IMG/VR virus record: IMGVR_UViG_3300001765_000143
DNA length: 55,575 nt
Source: a virus
Reading direction: 5' to 3' (one strand)
Shown: one piece after another, positions 8,619 to 16,914 of the stretch
Layout: each line of letters begins with the position of its first letter
How positions within the stretch are numbered: position 1 is the first letter of the stretch
Program-made: the position numbers and the translations under genes
The notes under the pieces: model-generated
The model's input: only the letters and a program-made list of their open reading frames with translations
Databases searched by the model: none
Told to the model about the DNA's origin: nothing

Positions 8619-10184
8619 ATGGCAGGAAAACAAATTACTGAATTAGAAAGCACTAATAAGATTTCAGAAGGAGATCTGTTATTCGTCAGAAAAACAACTA
8701 GCGGTACGGATAAGAAGATTAACTATACTGACCTTGTCGAAAGTATCGGTAATCCCGCAATAGATGGTTTTGTAGCAATAGTAGATCCACTTAATGCTAA
8801 TACAATAATTTTAACACCTGCCAATAATGCCAGGATACCTCGTTACTTTGTCGGCATGAAAATATCCTTTGTCTCGCCTATTACAAGTACCGGGAATGTC
8901 AAAATAAAAGTAGGTAGTTTGACGGCTAAAGATTTTGTCCAGTATCAAACTACCTCAACAGTAATTTTAGGTATAAATGATTATGTAGAGGGAGTATTTA
9001 TTACTGATAAATTTCATCGGATTAACGATCTTCGCTCTGTAGCTAATATTTATTCAAATGAATATAACGTAATATTAACAACAATAGATCCTAGCAACCA
9101 ATTTACTATCCTAAATTTAGTTTCTTCTATCGGTATCCCAAAACAATCTTATTACGATGGAATGGCTATCTCTTTCATTACTCCCGAGAATACCAAGGGA
9201 GTTACTCTAATACATATAGACGGTATACCTGGGACAAAGACTATTTTTGAACCAGATCTAGAAGATTTTATTAGTTTACCGCTTTACGCTAATCAAATTG
9301 TCCGAGCAATATATAAAACTGCGCAAGGCGGATTTATAAGAGATAATTTCCAAACCAATGATCCGACTGTTACAATTCCTATTGTTCCAAGTATTGATAA
9401 TCCAGATGAGCCTTATATTCCTCCACAAAATATTTTTCAGTTTAACGTTGGCGCAAATGAAAAGTTTAAAAATTTAGCTGAAGCCGTGACGAATTTAACT
9501 AAGGAGTTTGGTAAAGATGGAGGAGGTAGACAAGTTACGCTGTTAATTAAAGATACTCTCACAAAAACAAGCGCATTGATAATTTCAAATAGGAAACTAG
9601 GTTGGATAACTTTAAGAGGTGATAATAATATTATTAATTTTGATTTGATAACATATAGTACAAGCAGCAATTATATTGGTGTAGAGGGTGCTTCTGAATG
9701 TTTTAATATAGCAGAAAATACTATAGTTACTTGTAAAAACTTCCCTAGCAACGTAACTTTTATTCACTTATCCAGTCAGTCATCTTGGAGATTAAACAAT
9801 GTAACTTTTAAAAACACTGATTTTACCCCTCGTAGATTGTTTACAGTCGGTAATTCTGACTTGGAGTTTAAAAATTGTGTTATCGAGGGCGGTACAGAAG
9901 TTATGCATATCACCAGTAGTGCAAAAGTGTTATTAGATGCTTGTGTTATTAAATCGTATCAGACGAGAGCCTTATATATTGACGCAGGTTCAACTGTTAC
10001 TATAAACAATTGCGACTTATCCTCTAACGGAACTTCTGCTGCAACAAATATCAATATAGGCACTTCATTTTCAAAAGTAGATCAATATAATTCGAAAGCA
10101 AAATCAAATTATGCACCAAATACAGGTGAAAGTAATGGGATGTTTTATAGAGTAACTGGTTCTCAGGACATACAAGGAGGTTAA
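8619..10184 (+). CDS. Tail fibre / receptor-binding protein with probable parallel beta-helix C-terminal region
   Basis: 521 aa. The C-terminal part has repetitive N/C/T-rich strands (NVTFKNTDF..., CVIEGGTEVMHITSSAKVLLDACVIKSYQTRALYIDAGSTVTINNCDLSSNG). Confidence 0.55.
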   Translation: MAGKQITELESTNKISEGDLLFVRKTTSGTDKKINYTDLVESIGNPAIDGFVAIVDPLNANTIILTPANNARIPRYFVGMKISFVSPITSTGNVKIKVGSLTAKDFVQYQTTSTVILGINDYVEGVFITDKFHRINDLRSVANIYSNEYNVILTTIDPSNQFTILNLVSSIGIPKQSYYDGMAISFITPENTKGVTLIHIDGIPGTKTIFEPDLEDFISLPLYANQIVRAIYKTAQGGFIRDNFQTNDPTVTIPIVPSIDNPDEPYIPPQNIFQFNVGANEKFKNLAEAVTNLTKEFGKDGGGRQVTLLIKDTLTKTSALIISNRKLGWITLRGDNNIINFDLITYSTSSNYIGVEGASECFNIAENTIVTCKNFPSNVTFIHLSSQSSWRLNNVTFKNTDFTPRRLFTVGNSDLEFKNCVIEGGTEVMHITSSAKVLLDACVIKSYQTRALYIDAGSTVTINNCDLSSNGTSAATNINIGTSFSKVDQYNSKAKSNYAPNTGESNGMFYRVTGSQDIQGG

Positions 10185-10206
10185 TACCTAATATAACAGT
10201 CTCCAG

Positions 10207-10235
10207 TTGACTTGAGCTGTTGGCTTTGGTACAAT
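10207..10235 (+). promoter_or_regulatory. Sigma70-like promoter TTGACT-17-(TGg)TACAAT
   Basis: ttgact at 10207-10212, 17-nt spacer, TG at 10227-10228, tacaat at 10230-10235. Confidence 0.45.
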
Positions 10236-10242
10236 AGCAATA

Positions 10243-10405
10243 CAAAAGTGCTTCAAAACACTGTAACTAGAGGTCTCTATTTTAAGCCCATATAAAATAC
10301 TATTTATGTTGGGAGTCCGTTAATATACAACAGTGCTTGCATGAAGTTGACGGGCGTACCTCTAGTACGTTTTGAAACTCCCAACACCAAGTATATATAT
10401 GGCGT
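10243..10405 (+). ncRNA. Structured ~160-nt leader or sRNA with mutually exclusive helices and a CCA-tailed 10-bp stem
   Basis: actagaggt (10266-10274) pairs with acctctagt (10358-10366). tgttgggagt (10307-10316) pairs with actcccaaca (10377-10386), followed by cca. Internal stems are 10317-10324/10346-10353 and 10355-10359/10365-10369. Confidence 0.3.
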
Positions 10406-10618
10406 ATGAGATTCATTAAGTTTACTATAGTTTTCCTTTTTTTCATTATTGGGTATTTGGCTCATGTGTTGTCAAAACTAGAAACTGATCACGTACATGA
10501 AATAGCTTTAACTTTCATAGCTATAGGTTCAATGTTAGCTGGAGGAGTTAATCTTTTAGGCTCTTTAAAAGAAGACAAAAATGATGTTATCGAAAGCGGC
10601 GATGATGCTTCGATTTAG
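10406..10618 (+). CDS. Small two-TM membrane protein (holin candidate)
   Basis: 70 aa, two hydrophobic helices, acidic C-terminus KEDKNDVIESGDDASI; no clear SD. Confidence 0.35.
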   Translation: MRFIKFTIVFLFFIIGYLAHVLSKLETDHVHEIALTFIAIGSMLAGGVNLLGSLKEDKNDVIESGDDASI

Positions 10619-10668
10619 TATCTAGGGTATTAACAACTCTACTCATTAATAAAATAATAGATGAATCA

Positions 10669-10980
10669 CTAATCTTTCTTGAAGTAAGATTTTATAATAT
10701 TTGCAAATAGCGCAATAAACGATAAAGATAAAATAAATATTACAGTTTGCGTATCTAAAACATTCAGCACAACAATTATTTTATGTAACCAGCATATTAC
10801 TCCATCAAAAATAATACGGTATATAGAAGAAGATATAATAACTATCAAAAATAGCAGACACAATATGGAATAAGCAATGGATATCAAATCTTTAGTATGA
10901 TTTAATCCACTGATCCTTGCATTTCTTCTTATTGAGTTTTTCTGTTCCTCCATAGTATTTTTGTCAAATTCATTTTCCAT
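10669..10980 (-). CDS. Membrane protein co-transcribed with the ImmA-like peptidase
   Basis: 103 aa, about 3 hydrophobic segments; starts 3 nt after the peptidase stop. Confidence 0.5.
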   Translation of the reverse strand: MENEFDKNTMEEQKNSIRRNARISGLNHTKDLISIAYSILCLLFLIVIISSSIYRIIFDGVICWLHKIIVVLNVLDTQTVIFILSLSFIALFANIIKSYFKKD

Positions 10981-10982
10981 AG

Positions 10983-11471
10983 CTATTCAATTGCTAAACC
11001 TAAATTAATTAATCTAACATTAATCGCTATCTCAGAGACAAAAAAATACTCCGCAAGCTTTTTTATTTGCCTTAATTCATTGTATTTTTTTACAAAATAT
11101 GTTTTAGGCATTAACAGCTCAGCAGCAAAAGCATTAGCTTCTACTTCTTTTTGGTCTAACAAGTAATTATTACGTTCTAAAATTTTTCCCTCTTTGTCCA
11201 AAAAGTCTTTATGATGATAATAATGTCCTAATTCATGAGCTACAGTAAATCGTTTTCTTGTTGGAGCATGTGATGTATTGACTTGTATAAAGTACTTACC
11301 ATTTTCTAAAAATATATTGCCGCTTTCATCGTCATTCATTTGGTAATAAGACGCCTCTATACCCAAAATAGAACAAATTGTGCCGACTGGAACGGGATAA
11401 GTATCAGCTACTTCGTTAAGAGCTGTACAATTGTATCTTTCCTTTAATTGTCTTAGACTTAAATTTTCCAT
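10983..11471 (-). CDS. ImmA/IrrE-family (DUF955) zinc metallopeptidase
   Basis: HEXXH motif in RKRFTVAHELGHYYHH. I prefer the ATG at 11471 (MENLSLRQL...) because the TTG at 11510 lies inside the predicted promoter. Confidence 0.75.
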   Translation of the reverse strand: MENLSLRQLKERYNCTALNEVADTYPVPVGTICSILGIEASYYQMNDDESGNIFLENGKYFIQVNTSHAPTRKRFTVAHELGHYYHHKDFLDKEGKILERNNYLLDQKEVEANAFAAELLMPKTYFVKKYNELRQIKKLAEYFFVSEIAINVRLINLGLAIE

Positions 11472-11499
11472 ATTCCTATTTAGTTCATATTCTTTATCT

Positions 11500-11527
11500 A
11501 TTCTAAACAATAAAAGCGTCTAGTCAA
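11500..11527 (-). promoter_or_regulatory. Sigma70-like promoter TTGACT-16-TAGAAT (minus strand)
   Basis: Reverse complement: ttgact = 11527-11522, tagaat = 11505-11500. Confidence 0.4.
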
Positions 11528-11633
11528 TTTTATAACTATTCTCTCGTGCAGCTAAAATTTGGGGAAAGAGGTATTTTATACAAGTATACTGACATTAAAC
11601 AACGTATTTAGTTACAGTAAGATAATTTATGGT

Positions 11634-11906
11634 CTATGTGTCTCTATTATTTAATGCGTGCCTATAGAGAGTGTACTGCTGTTTAAAGAGATAAAGGTCA
11701 TTTAACCACTTATTGGTATTAGGGCATTTTTCATTATTGCAAACTTGAGCTAGTTCGTCAGCTACTTTCACGCCTGCTATAGGCATTTCTGGCAAATTAT
11801 ACAGAGCAGTATAGCTACAAGCCGTTTTTGCGCATCCGCTCAAGATTACCATCAAAATCAGTAGGCTTGGTATCTTTCGTAATTTCGATAATTTTGTTCT
11901 GAACAT
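11634..11906 (-). CDS. Lipoprotein, o-spanin candidate
   Basis: Lipobox LILMVILSGC; the start is embedded in a different frame in the 3' end of the upstream coiled-coil TM gene (92-nt overlap). Confidence 0.5.
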   Translation of the reverse strand: MFRTKLSKLRKIPSLLILMVILSGCAKTACSYTALYNLPEMPIAGVKVADELAQVCNNEKCPNTNKWLNDLYLFKQQYTLYRHALNNRDT

Positions 11907-12063
11907 CTATCACCTTTTTTGTTTCATTAAGCCTATTTTCGGCAATTAAGTTTTTAGCTTCTAAATCCTTGTTTTTTTTAAATAAATATATTCCTATAAA
12001 GCTTATGATTCCTAGCATTAAAGGCTTTAAATTAGTTTGAAAAAACTGTATAATAAACAACAT
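11815..12063 (-). CDS. N-terminal TM plus coiled-coil protein, i-spanin candidate
   Basis: Start at ATG 12063 gives MLFIIQFFQTNLKPLMLGIISFIGIYLFKKNKDLEAKNLIAENRLNETKK...; overlapped architecture with the lipoprotein gene. Confidence 0.45.
   Translation of the reverse strand: MLFIIQFFQTNLKPLMLGIISFIGIYLFKKNKDLEAKNLIAENRLNETKKVIDVQNKIIEITKDTKPTDFDGNLERMRKNGL
12026..12054 (+). promoter_or_regulatory. Possible promoter TTTAAA-17-TATAAT for the endolysin
   Basis: tataat at 12049-12054, tttaaa at 12026-12031. Confidence 0.25.
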
Positions 12064-12086
12064 AAATAATCCATTTAAAAGTCTAC

Positions 12087-12539
12087 ATGAATATATCACA
12101 AAAAGGACTTGAATTCATTAAGAAATACGAAGGTTTCCAAGCAAAGCCTTACCTTTGTCCAGCTGGTAAACTAACAATTGGGTATGGTCACGCTATATCA
12201 CCTCGTGAACGCTTTAATAGCCCAATCACCGAAAAGGATGCAGATAGAATTATCGGGAATGACCTTAAAATTACCGAGACTACTATTGCAAAGGGAGTAA
12301 CTGTACCATTGACCCAAGGTCAATACGATGCGTTGGTAAGTTTGGTATATAATTGGGGAGGCGGTAATTTCCTCAGGAGCTTAGGGTTAAAATGTTTGAA
12401 TAATAGCGATTATACAAGAGCTGCCGAGGAGTTTTTTAGTAAAGAAAACGGTGTTGTTAGAGTTGGTGGCAAGATATTAACAGGCTTAGTTAAAAGACGA
12501 CAAGCAGAATTTCTATTATGGAGCGGTGATCATGAGTAA
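12087..12539 (+). CDS. Endolysin, GH24 (T4/lambda-type lysozyme)
   Basis: GLEFIKKYEGFQAKPYLCPAGKLTIGYGH...LTQGQYDALVSLVYNWG...RRQAEFLLW. Confidence 0.85.
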   Translation: MNISQKGLEFIKKYEGFQAKPYLCPAGKLTIGYGHAISPRERFNSPITEKDADRIIGNDLKITETTIAKGVTVPLTQGQYDALVSLVYNWGGGNFLRSLGLKCLNNSDYTRAAEEFFSKENGVVRVGGKILTGLVKRRQAEFLLWSGDHE

Positions 12540-12744
12540 CTTAGACGAAGAAAAAACAAAAGCATCAAATCAAGAATTAATACTACAATGTCTAAATCTG
12601 ATACTCGAAAAACCAGACATATCAGATAGAAATTTAATGTTTAAAACTATTGAACTTATACTAAATAAAAATCCTACCAGACGCTTAGATGACGTTATAG
12701 AAGAAGGTAAGAAATTGTTTGATTTTATTAAGGAGCATGATTAA
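12532..12744 (+). CDS. Hypothetical protein
   Basis: ATG at 12532 overlaps the endolysin stop; the track start at 12526 is GTG. Confidence 0.4.
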   Translation: MSNLDEEKTKASNQELILQCLNLILEKPDISDRNLMFKTIELILNKNPTRRLDDVIEEGKKLFDFIKEHD

Positions 12745-13259
12745 TGACCTTAAAACAATCGTTTAAAACAATTCTAGCATTAGATCTTGGTACTATTACC
12801 GGCTTTGCAATAAGAGATCAATCAGGTGTTATTATTTCTGGTGTAGTTAGTTTTCACAATAAAAGATTTGAAGGCGGAGGAATGGTGTTTTTGCGTTTTA
12901 AACAATGGCTTACCGAATTAAAAAATTCTACTACTAATCTTGATGCTGTTTATTTCGAAGAAGTTAGGGCGCACAAAGGAGTTGATGCGGCTCATAAATA
13001 CGGAGGGTTCTTAGCTCATCTAACAGCTTGGTGTGAACATCATGGTATACCTTACCAAGGAATATCCGTTGGAACAATTAAGAAACATATTAGTGGTAAA
13101 GGTAATGCGTCTAAAGAACAAGTAATAGATGCTGTGAAAAAAAAAGGTTTCTTGCCAGTCGATCATAACGAGGCTGACAGTCTTGCCCTGCTTGATTTAG
13201 TATTAAATGACCAAATAAAAACAAACGATTTTGCTACAATTACAGTTACAGAGGTTTAA
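12744..13259 (+). CDS. RuvC-like Holliday junction resolvase
   Basis: ILALDLGTITGFA..., AVYFEEV, TIKKHISGKGNASKEQV, DHNEADSLALLD. Confidence 0.75.
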   Translation: MTLKQSFKTILALDLGTITGFAIRDQSGVIISGVVSFHNKRFEGGGMVFLRFKQWLTELKNSTTNLDAVYFEEVRAHKGVDAAHKYGGFLAHLTAWCEHHGIPYQGISVGTIKKHISGKGNASKEQVIDAVKKKGFLPVDHNEADSLALLDLVLNDQIKTNDFATITVTEV

Positions 13260-13367
13260 ATGCTTAATTTTCTACTCAGCAACATTAAAAATATTGGTTA
13301 TGCAGTAGTTGCTTTTTTTTCTTACTACGTTGAACAATTATATCAAATCATAATAAAGGAGATTTAA
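13260..13367 (+). CDS. Possible 35-aa hydrophobic peptide (below the track cutoff)
   Basis: MLNFLLSNIKNIGYAVVAFFSYYVEQLYQIIIKEI; GAGG 4 nt upstream of the ATG, which abuts the RuvC stop. Confidence 0.25.
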   Translation: MLNFLLSNIKNIGYAVVAFFSYYVEQLYQIIIKEI

Positions 13368-13388
13368 ATGGACAGAACCCAGATCCTA

Positions 13389-14942
13389 TTAATCTAACAA
13401 ACTATAATCTACTTGTTGATCTCCTAATAGTTCATGAATCGAATCTTGAACGTGTATTTGAGACGTGGGTAAAAATTCTTGATTATGATGGGAATTACTA
13501 AAGCTCTCATAAATATTATTAGATTCAAACGTTGTCCTTGACAAGAACGTTGGTAAAAATATCGCCATCTTCAATAAAACATTCATATTCTCTATTGCAT
13601 TCAACCCAACTGCGATAGTAGGTAGGGCAAACCAACCGCCTTCAATTGCAGAAAAGATACCTTTAGCTATGTCTCTTATTGATAAATGATTAATGTTTTT
13701 CTCAAATAAAGACTGTATATGGCTATATTCTAATATTCCTTGAATTCCATTTGCAACAATGCCTCCAAGTATAACGGAAGTTATTATTGCATTATCTTCT
13801 TCAACACCTATATCTTTGAGTAAATCTTTATAAATAGTAGTTAGAGCTATTCCTCTTCCTATAGCACTTAAAGCTGTAAGGCCATATACAAATAGCTTTG
13901 AACCCAAACTATCTAATTCAATATGTTTAGTTTTACTGCTCTCAATAGTTTTAGTAAAATTGCTATAATTTTCAATTGCTTTATATAAAAGTAATGGTGC
14001 GGTAGTAAAAGTTGCCCAAGCCGTAAATTCATCAAAAGCATTAGTATCTTCACTAAAAGATTTATCTTTTAACTCAATATCCCAAAGCATTAATACAGGT
14101 TGCAGGGCAGCGGTTATTGTTATTAATTTTAACCCTTCATAACCTACCTTTTTTATTTTGTCTAATGTACTGAGACGAGGTTCTAGCTCTGTGTAGAAAT
14201 CATTATGCACATCATTTTTTAATTGTTTTTTATGTGCTAAATGTTTGTACATACCTAGAGAATTACATAAAGATACAAGCAATAAAGTATTAATTGTTGA
14301 TGCGATAAAGAATGCTTTTTCTTCGTGTACATGAATGCCAAATTCTTCTAAATTCCATATATTATCATTGATAATCGGCATCATTGCTAATCCACCGCCT
14401 ACGCCAATCAAACCGCTACCTGCTATTTTTAATACTTTCTTGGCGCAATGATTGTGTTTATGAGTGGTAGTTACATTAGCAATTTGCATGGAATTAAGTT
14501 GATCTGACTTATTAACATTAGTACTATAATGAAGTAAGTTATCTGTAGATTCTAATACTTTACTATGTATAATAATCTCATTACTATTCTTTTTTTCCTC
14601 CTCATCACTATCTTCTTCTTTTATTTGAGAGAGTTTTCCTTCTTGTTGTTCTAATTGATTATTACTATAAGAGCTGGAATTCCAAAATGAAGATAAATCA
14701 ATATTAAACCATAAGTCATTTTTCTTTAAATATTCTGATTCAGTATACGCAGAGCTATATACAACAGTAACTTTCTCATCTTGATAAGGTACGTTCAGAC
14801 TAATATTTTGTTCACTATTATCAATAATAGTAGGATTCTCTCTTTCCTGAGTCTTGCGGAAATTAAAATAGCCGTAACTAATCTGATATGACCAATTTAC
14901 GAGTTTTGGATCTAAAGTTGGCTCTTCTATTTTTTGTTTCAT
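13389..14942 (-). CDS. Large membrane protein: ~170-aa soluble N-terminal region plus multi-TM C-terminal region, function unknown
   Basis: 517 aa from ATG 14942 (the track TTG is at 14954). Acidic tract EEDSDEEEKK, then several hydrophobic helices (AGSGLIGVGGGLAMMPI, FFIASTINTLLLVSL, ...). Confidence 0.6.
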   Translation of the reverse strand: MKQKIEEPTLDPKLVNWSYQISYGYFNFRKTQERENPTIIDNSEQNISLNVPYQDEKVTVVYSSAYTESEYLKKNDLWFNIDLSSFWNSSSYSNNQLEQQEGKLSQIKEEDSDEEEKKNSNEIIIHSKVLESTDNLLHYSTNVNKSDQLNSMQIANVTTTHKHNHCAKKVLKIAGSGLIGVGGGLAMMPIINDNIWNLEEFGIHVHEEKAFFIASTINTLLLVSLCNSLGMYKHLAHKKQLKNDVHNDFYTELEPRLSTLDKIKKVGYEGLKLITITAALQPVLMLWDIELKDKSFSEDTNAFDEFTAWATFTTAPLLLYKAIENYSNFTKTIESSKTKHIELDSLGSKLFVYGLTALSAIGRGIALTTIYKDLLKDIGVEEDNAIITSVILGGIVANGIQGILEYSHIQSLFEKNINHLSIRDIAKGIFSAIEGGWFALPTIAVGLNAIENMNVLLKMAIFLPTFLSRTTFESNNIYESFSNSHHNQEFLPTSQIHVQDSIHELLGDQQVDYSLLD

Positions 14943-14944
14943 AA

Positions 14945-15091
14945 TTACCTGCAACTATCCCAAGGATGACACTTCATAGATGCAAGCTCAACGTTGCCAT
15001 GGTAAGGATGTACGGAATGTCTGCCTATATTCCACATAATTGAATACCAGCAGGTAATTGTTATAATGATATGTAAGACTTTTAGTTTCAT
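14945..15091 (-). CDS. 48-codon leader ORF coupled to the membrane-protein gene (below the track cutoff)
   Basis: MKLKVLHIIITITCWYSIMWNIGRHSVHPYHGNVELASMKCHPWDSCR. Its stop taa lies 2 nt before the downstream ATG, and its start lies 1 nt after the upstream stop. Confidence 0.3.
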   Translation of the reverse strand: MKLKVLHIIITITCWYSIMWNIGRHSVHPYHGNVELASMKCHPWDSCR

Positions 15092-15092
15092 A

Positions 15093-15281
15093 TTATTTTT
15101 TCCTTTTTGAATTAGGAGTTAAATCAATGTCGAGTCCAGTTTCTTCTTTTATTATTTCTTCCGAAAGCTCCTCTATCGGATTGTCATCACCAAGTAAATA
15201 GGTAGAAAAGACACCCATTACTATTATTATGGCTAATAGAGAGTATTTACTGGTGAGTATTTTTATTATGATTTCTTTCAT
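15093..15281 (-). CDS. Small N-terminally anchored acidic protein
   Basis: 62 aa: one TM segment (YSLLAIIIVMGVFSTYLL), then DDNPIEELSEEIIKEETGLDIDL. Confidence 0.45.
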   Translation of the reverse strand: MKEIIIKILTSKYSLLAIIIVMGVFSTYLLGDDNPIEELSEEIIKEETGLDIDLTPNSKRKK

Positions 15282-15427
15282 AATTTTTCTCTGAAAATTA
15301 AGCCTTATTATACAATTTTTTGGCTTAAATTCAAGGGTTAGAAGTAATTATTATGGTTGCCACTTTAAAACTATATTCGAGTATAGGGTGTAGGCAGTTG
15401 AATGAGGTTTGAGTAACTAAAAACTAC

Positions 15428-15979
15428 TCAAAAGTCCTCATGTTGAGGATGTATTTGTTGTTCTTGTTCCTGAACATGAGTATGACCCATTATTTGAACT
15501 TCTTGTTGCTGGACATTCATATGATTATATACGATATCAGCAACATTTCTTACATAAAATTCATGCTCAGTTTCATTTGTTGCACATGGTTGGCAAAAAA
15601 CATTAACATCATACTCTGGTAAGGTTTTCATCCATTCGTTACATACCATCGTATATAACGCTCCTAGAAAAGATTGTTGATAATGATCACAATTAAACAA
15701 TAGTGATAGTAATTGTTTCTGTATGCCATTGCTAGAATCATTAGATATATTTTTTAGATTTGCTACTAATGGATAAAATCCTTCTACTCTATAAGGTCTA
15801 ATGCTCGCATCAACAGCTGAGAGCTTTTCCTCTACAATGATAAATTCTTTTAAGTATGGCTTTAAATCAATATAATCTGTCTGATTATAATATATTAGAA
15901 AATCATTTGGATGATCGTAAATAAGCGAACTTTTATACAACTTTTCTTTTGCTTTTAAAAACAGATTATTTTTTTTCAT
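15428..15979 (-). CDS. Hypothetical protein (partner of the upstream hydrolase-like gene), Q/H-rich C-terminus
   Basis: 183 aa; ends HMNVQQQEVQIMGHTHVQEQEQQIHPQHEDF. Confidence 0.5.
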   Translation of the reverse strand: MKKNNLFLKAKEKLYKSSLIYDHPNDFLIYYNQTDYIDLKPYLKEFIIVEEKLSAVDASIRPYRVEGFYPLVANLKNISNDSSNGIQKQLLSLLFNCDHYQQSFLGALYTMVCNEWMKTLPEYDVNVFCQPCATNETEHEFYVRNVADIVYNHMNVQQQEVQIMGHTHVQEQEQQIHPQHEDF

Positions 15980-16051
15980 TTTTTACGAACCATATACAAC
16001 TCTAACCTATCCCTTACAGGATACTAAAATCAAAATATTAGTCAACAAATA

Positions 16052-16834
16052 TTAAGCACTAGTTATAAGAAATTCTACTTTTCCGTAATTCATATCCAAA
16101 AAATTTATTCTACTTTTTAATAGGTATTTAGCAGTAGACTTAATATATGTTTTTTCAAGCATAGCTAATTCATGTTGAATTAAACCACTATCGCCCATTT
16201 TTGATGTCCATTTAAAAGAAGAGGCATATCCTTGCTCCCCTTTTTTTCTTCCCTGCGGATCCCCATAAACGCTATTAATATCAAAATATAATGAAACATG
16301 CTGAACATATGATTGTTCACCTTCAGAATCTTCACCGCAATAAACAACTACATCATTTTCTTTTGGATCATAATCTTCATACTGGTTACCGTTCGGTATA
16401 TATTGCAATGTACCTTTTTTAATCATATCATCAGCGTCATCAATTCGGGCAGAGTATACTTTAAATGAATTCTCTTCTTTAATTATCTCATTTGCAGAAG
16501 GCGATGCGCTGGTATTATTATGGATACACATATATTTTATCCATGCTATAACATCATCTTGTTGGGATTTTATTCTTACCTTACCACCAGATACTGCTGG
16601 GTTAATACATTCATTTATACCAAAAGCCCAACCAACACAATTTTGATATATACTAGCACCATCACGGGTCAAATCTGAAGTACTGTGGTAACCTAAAAAA
16701 CGAGCATCAAATAAACTATCCCCGGTTGGATATTTAACATTATCCCATTCTCCTGGATGCTCCCATTCTAACTGTTTTTTAAAAAGGAATTCAGTAATAA
16801 AATGTCCCGAGTTAAGTATTCTGCCAATAGCCAT
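16052..16834 (-). CDS. Putative papain-fold (clan CA / NlpC-CHAP-like) Cys-His hydrolase
   Basis: Candidate catalytic motifs YQNCVGWAFG, SYVQHVSLYF, FKWTSKMGDSGLIQH...MNYGKV; the functional call is weak. Confidence 0.4.
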   Translation of the reverse strand: MAIGRILNSGHFITEFLFKKQLEWEHPGEWDNVKYPTGDSLFDARFLGYHSTSDLTRDGASIYQNCVGWAFGINECINPAVSGGKVRIKSQQDDVIAWIKYMCIHNNTSASPSANEIIKEENSFKVYSARIDDADDMIKKGTLQYIPNGNQYEDYDPKENDVVVYCGEDSEGEQSYVQHVSLYFDINSVYGDPQGRKKGEQGYASSFKWTSKMGDSGLIQHELAMLEKTYIKSTAKYLLKSRINFLDMNYGKVEFLITSA

Positions 16835-16914
16835 AAAATAATAATTTTTCTTGTACTTACACTTGCCGAAAGATAAATTTTTTAATGAAGATTTTTATCT
16901 CTCACAAGTTTATT

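Noticed and set aside
10307-10389. Possible tRNA gene: a 7-10 bp acceptor-like stem followed by an unpaired A and CCA, ~82 nt long
   Set aside because: I could not fold a cloverleaf. There is no D-arm partner for ccgt within range and no 5-bp T-stem with a 7-nt loop adjacent to the 3' acceptor strand (9 unpaired nt intervene). It is kept only as a tRNA-like/structured leader.
11472-11510. TTG start at 11510 for the ImmA-like gene, and similar leftmost alternative starts (14954 TTG, 12526 GTG, 28542 GTG)
   Set aside because: In each case an ATG a few codons downstream has better context. At 11510 the TTG falls inside the predicted -10/-35 promoter elements.
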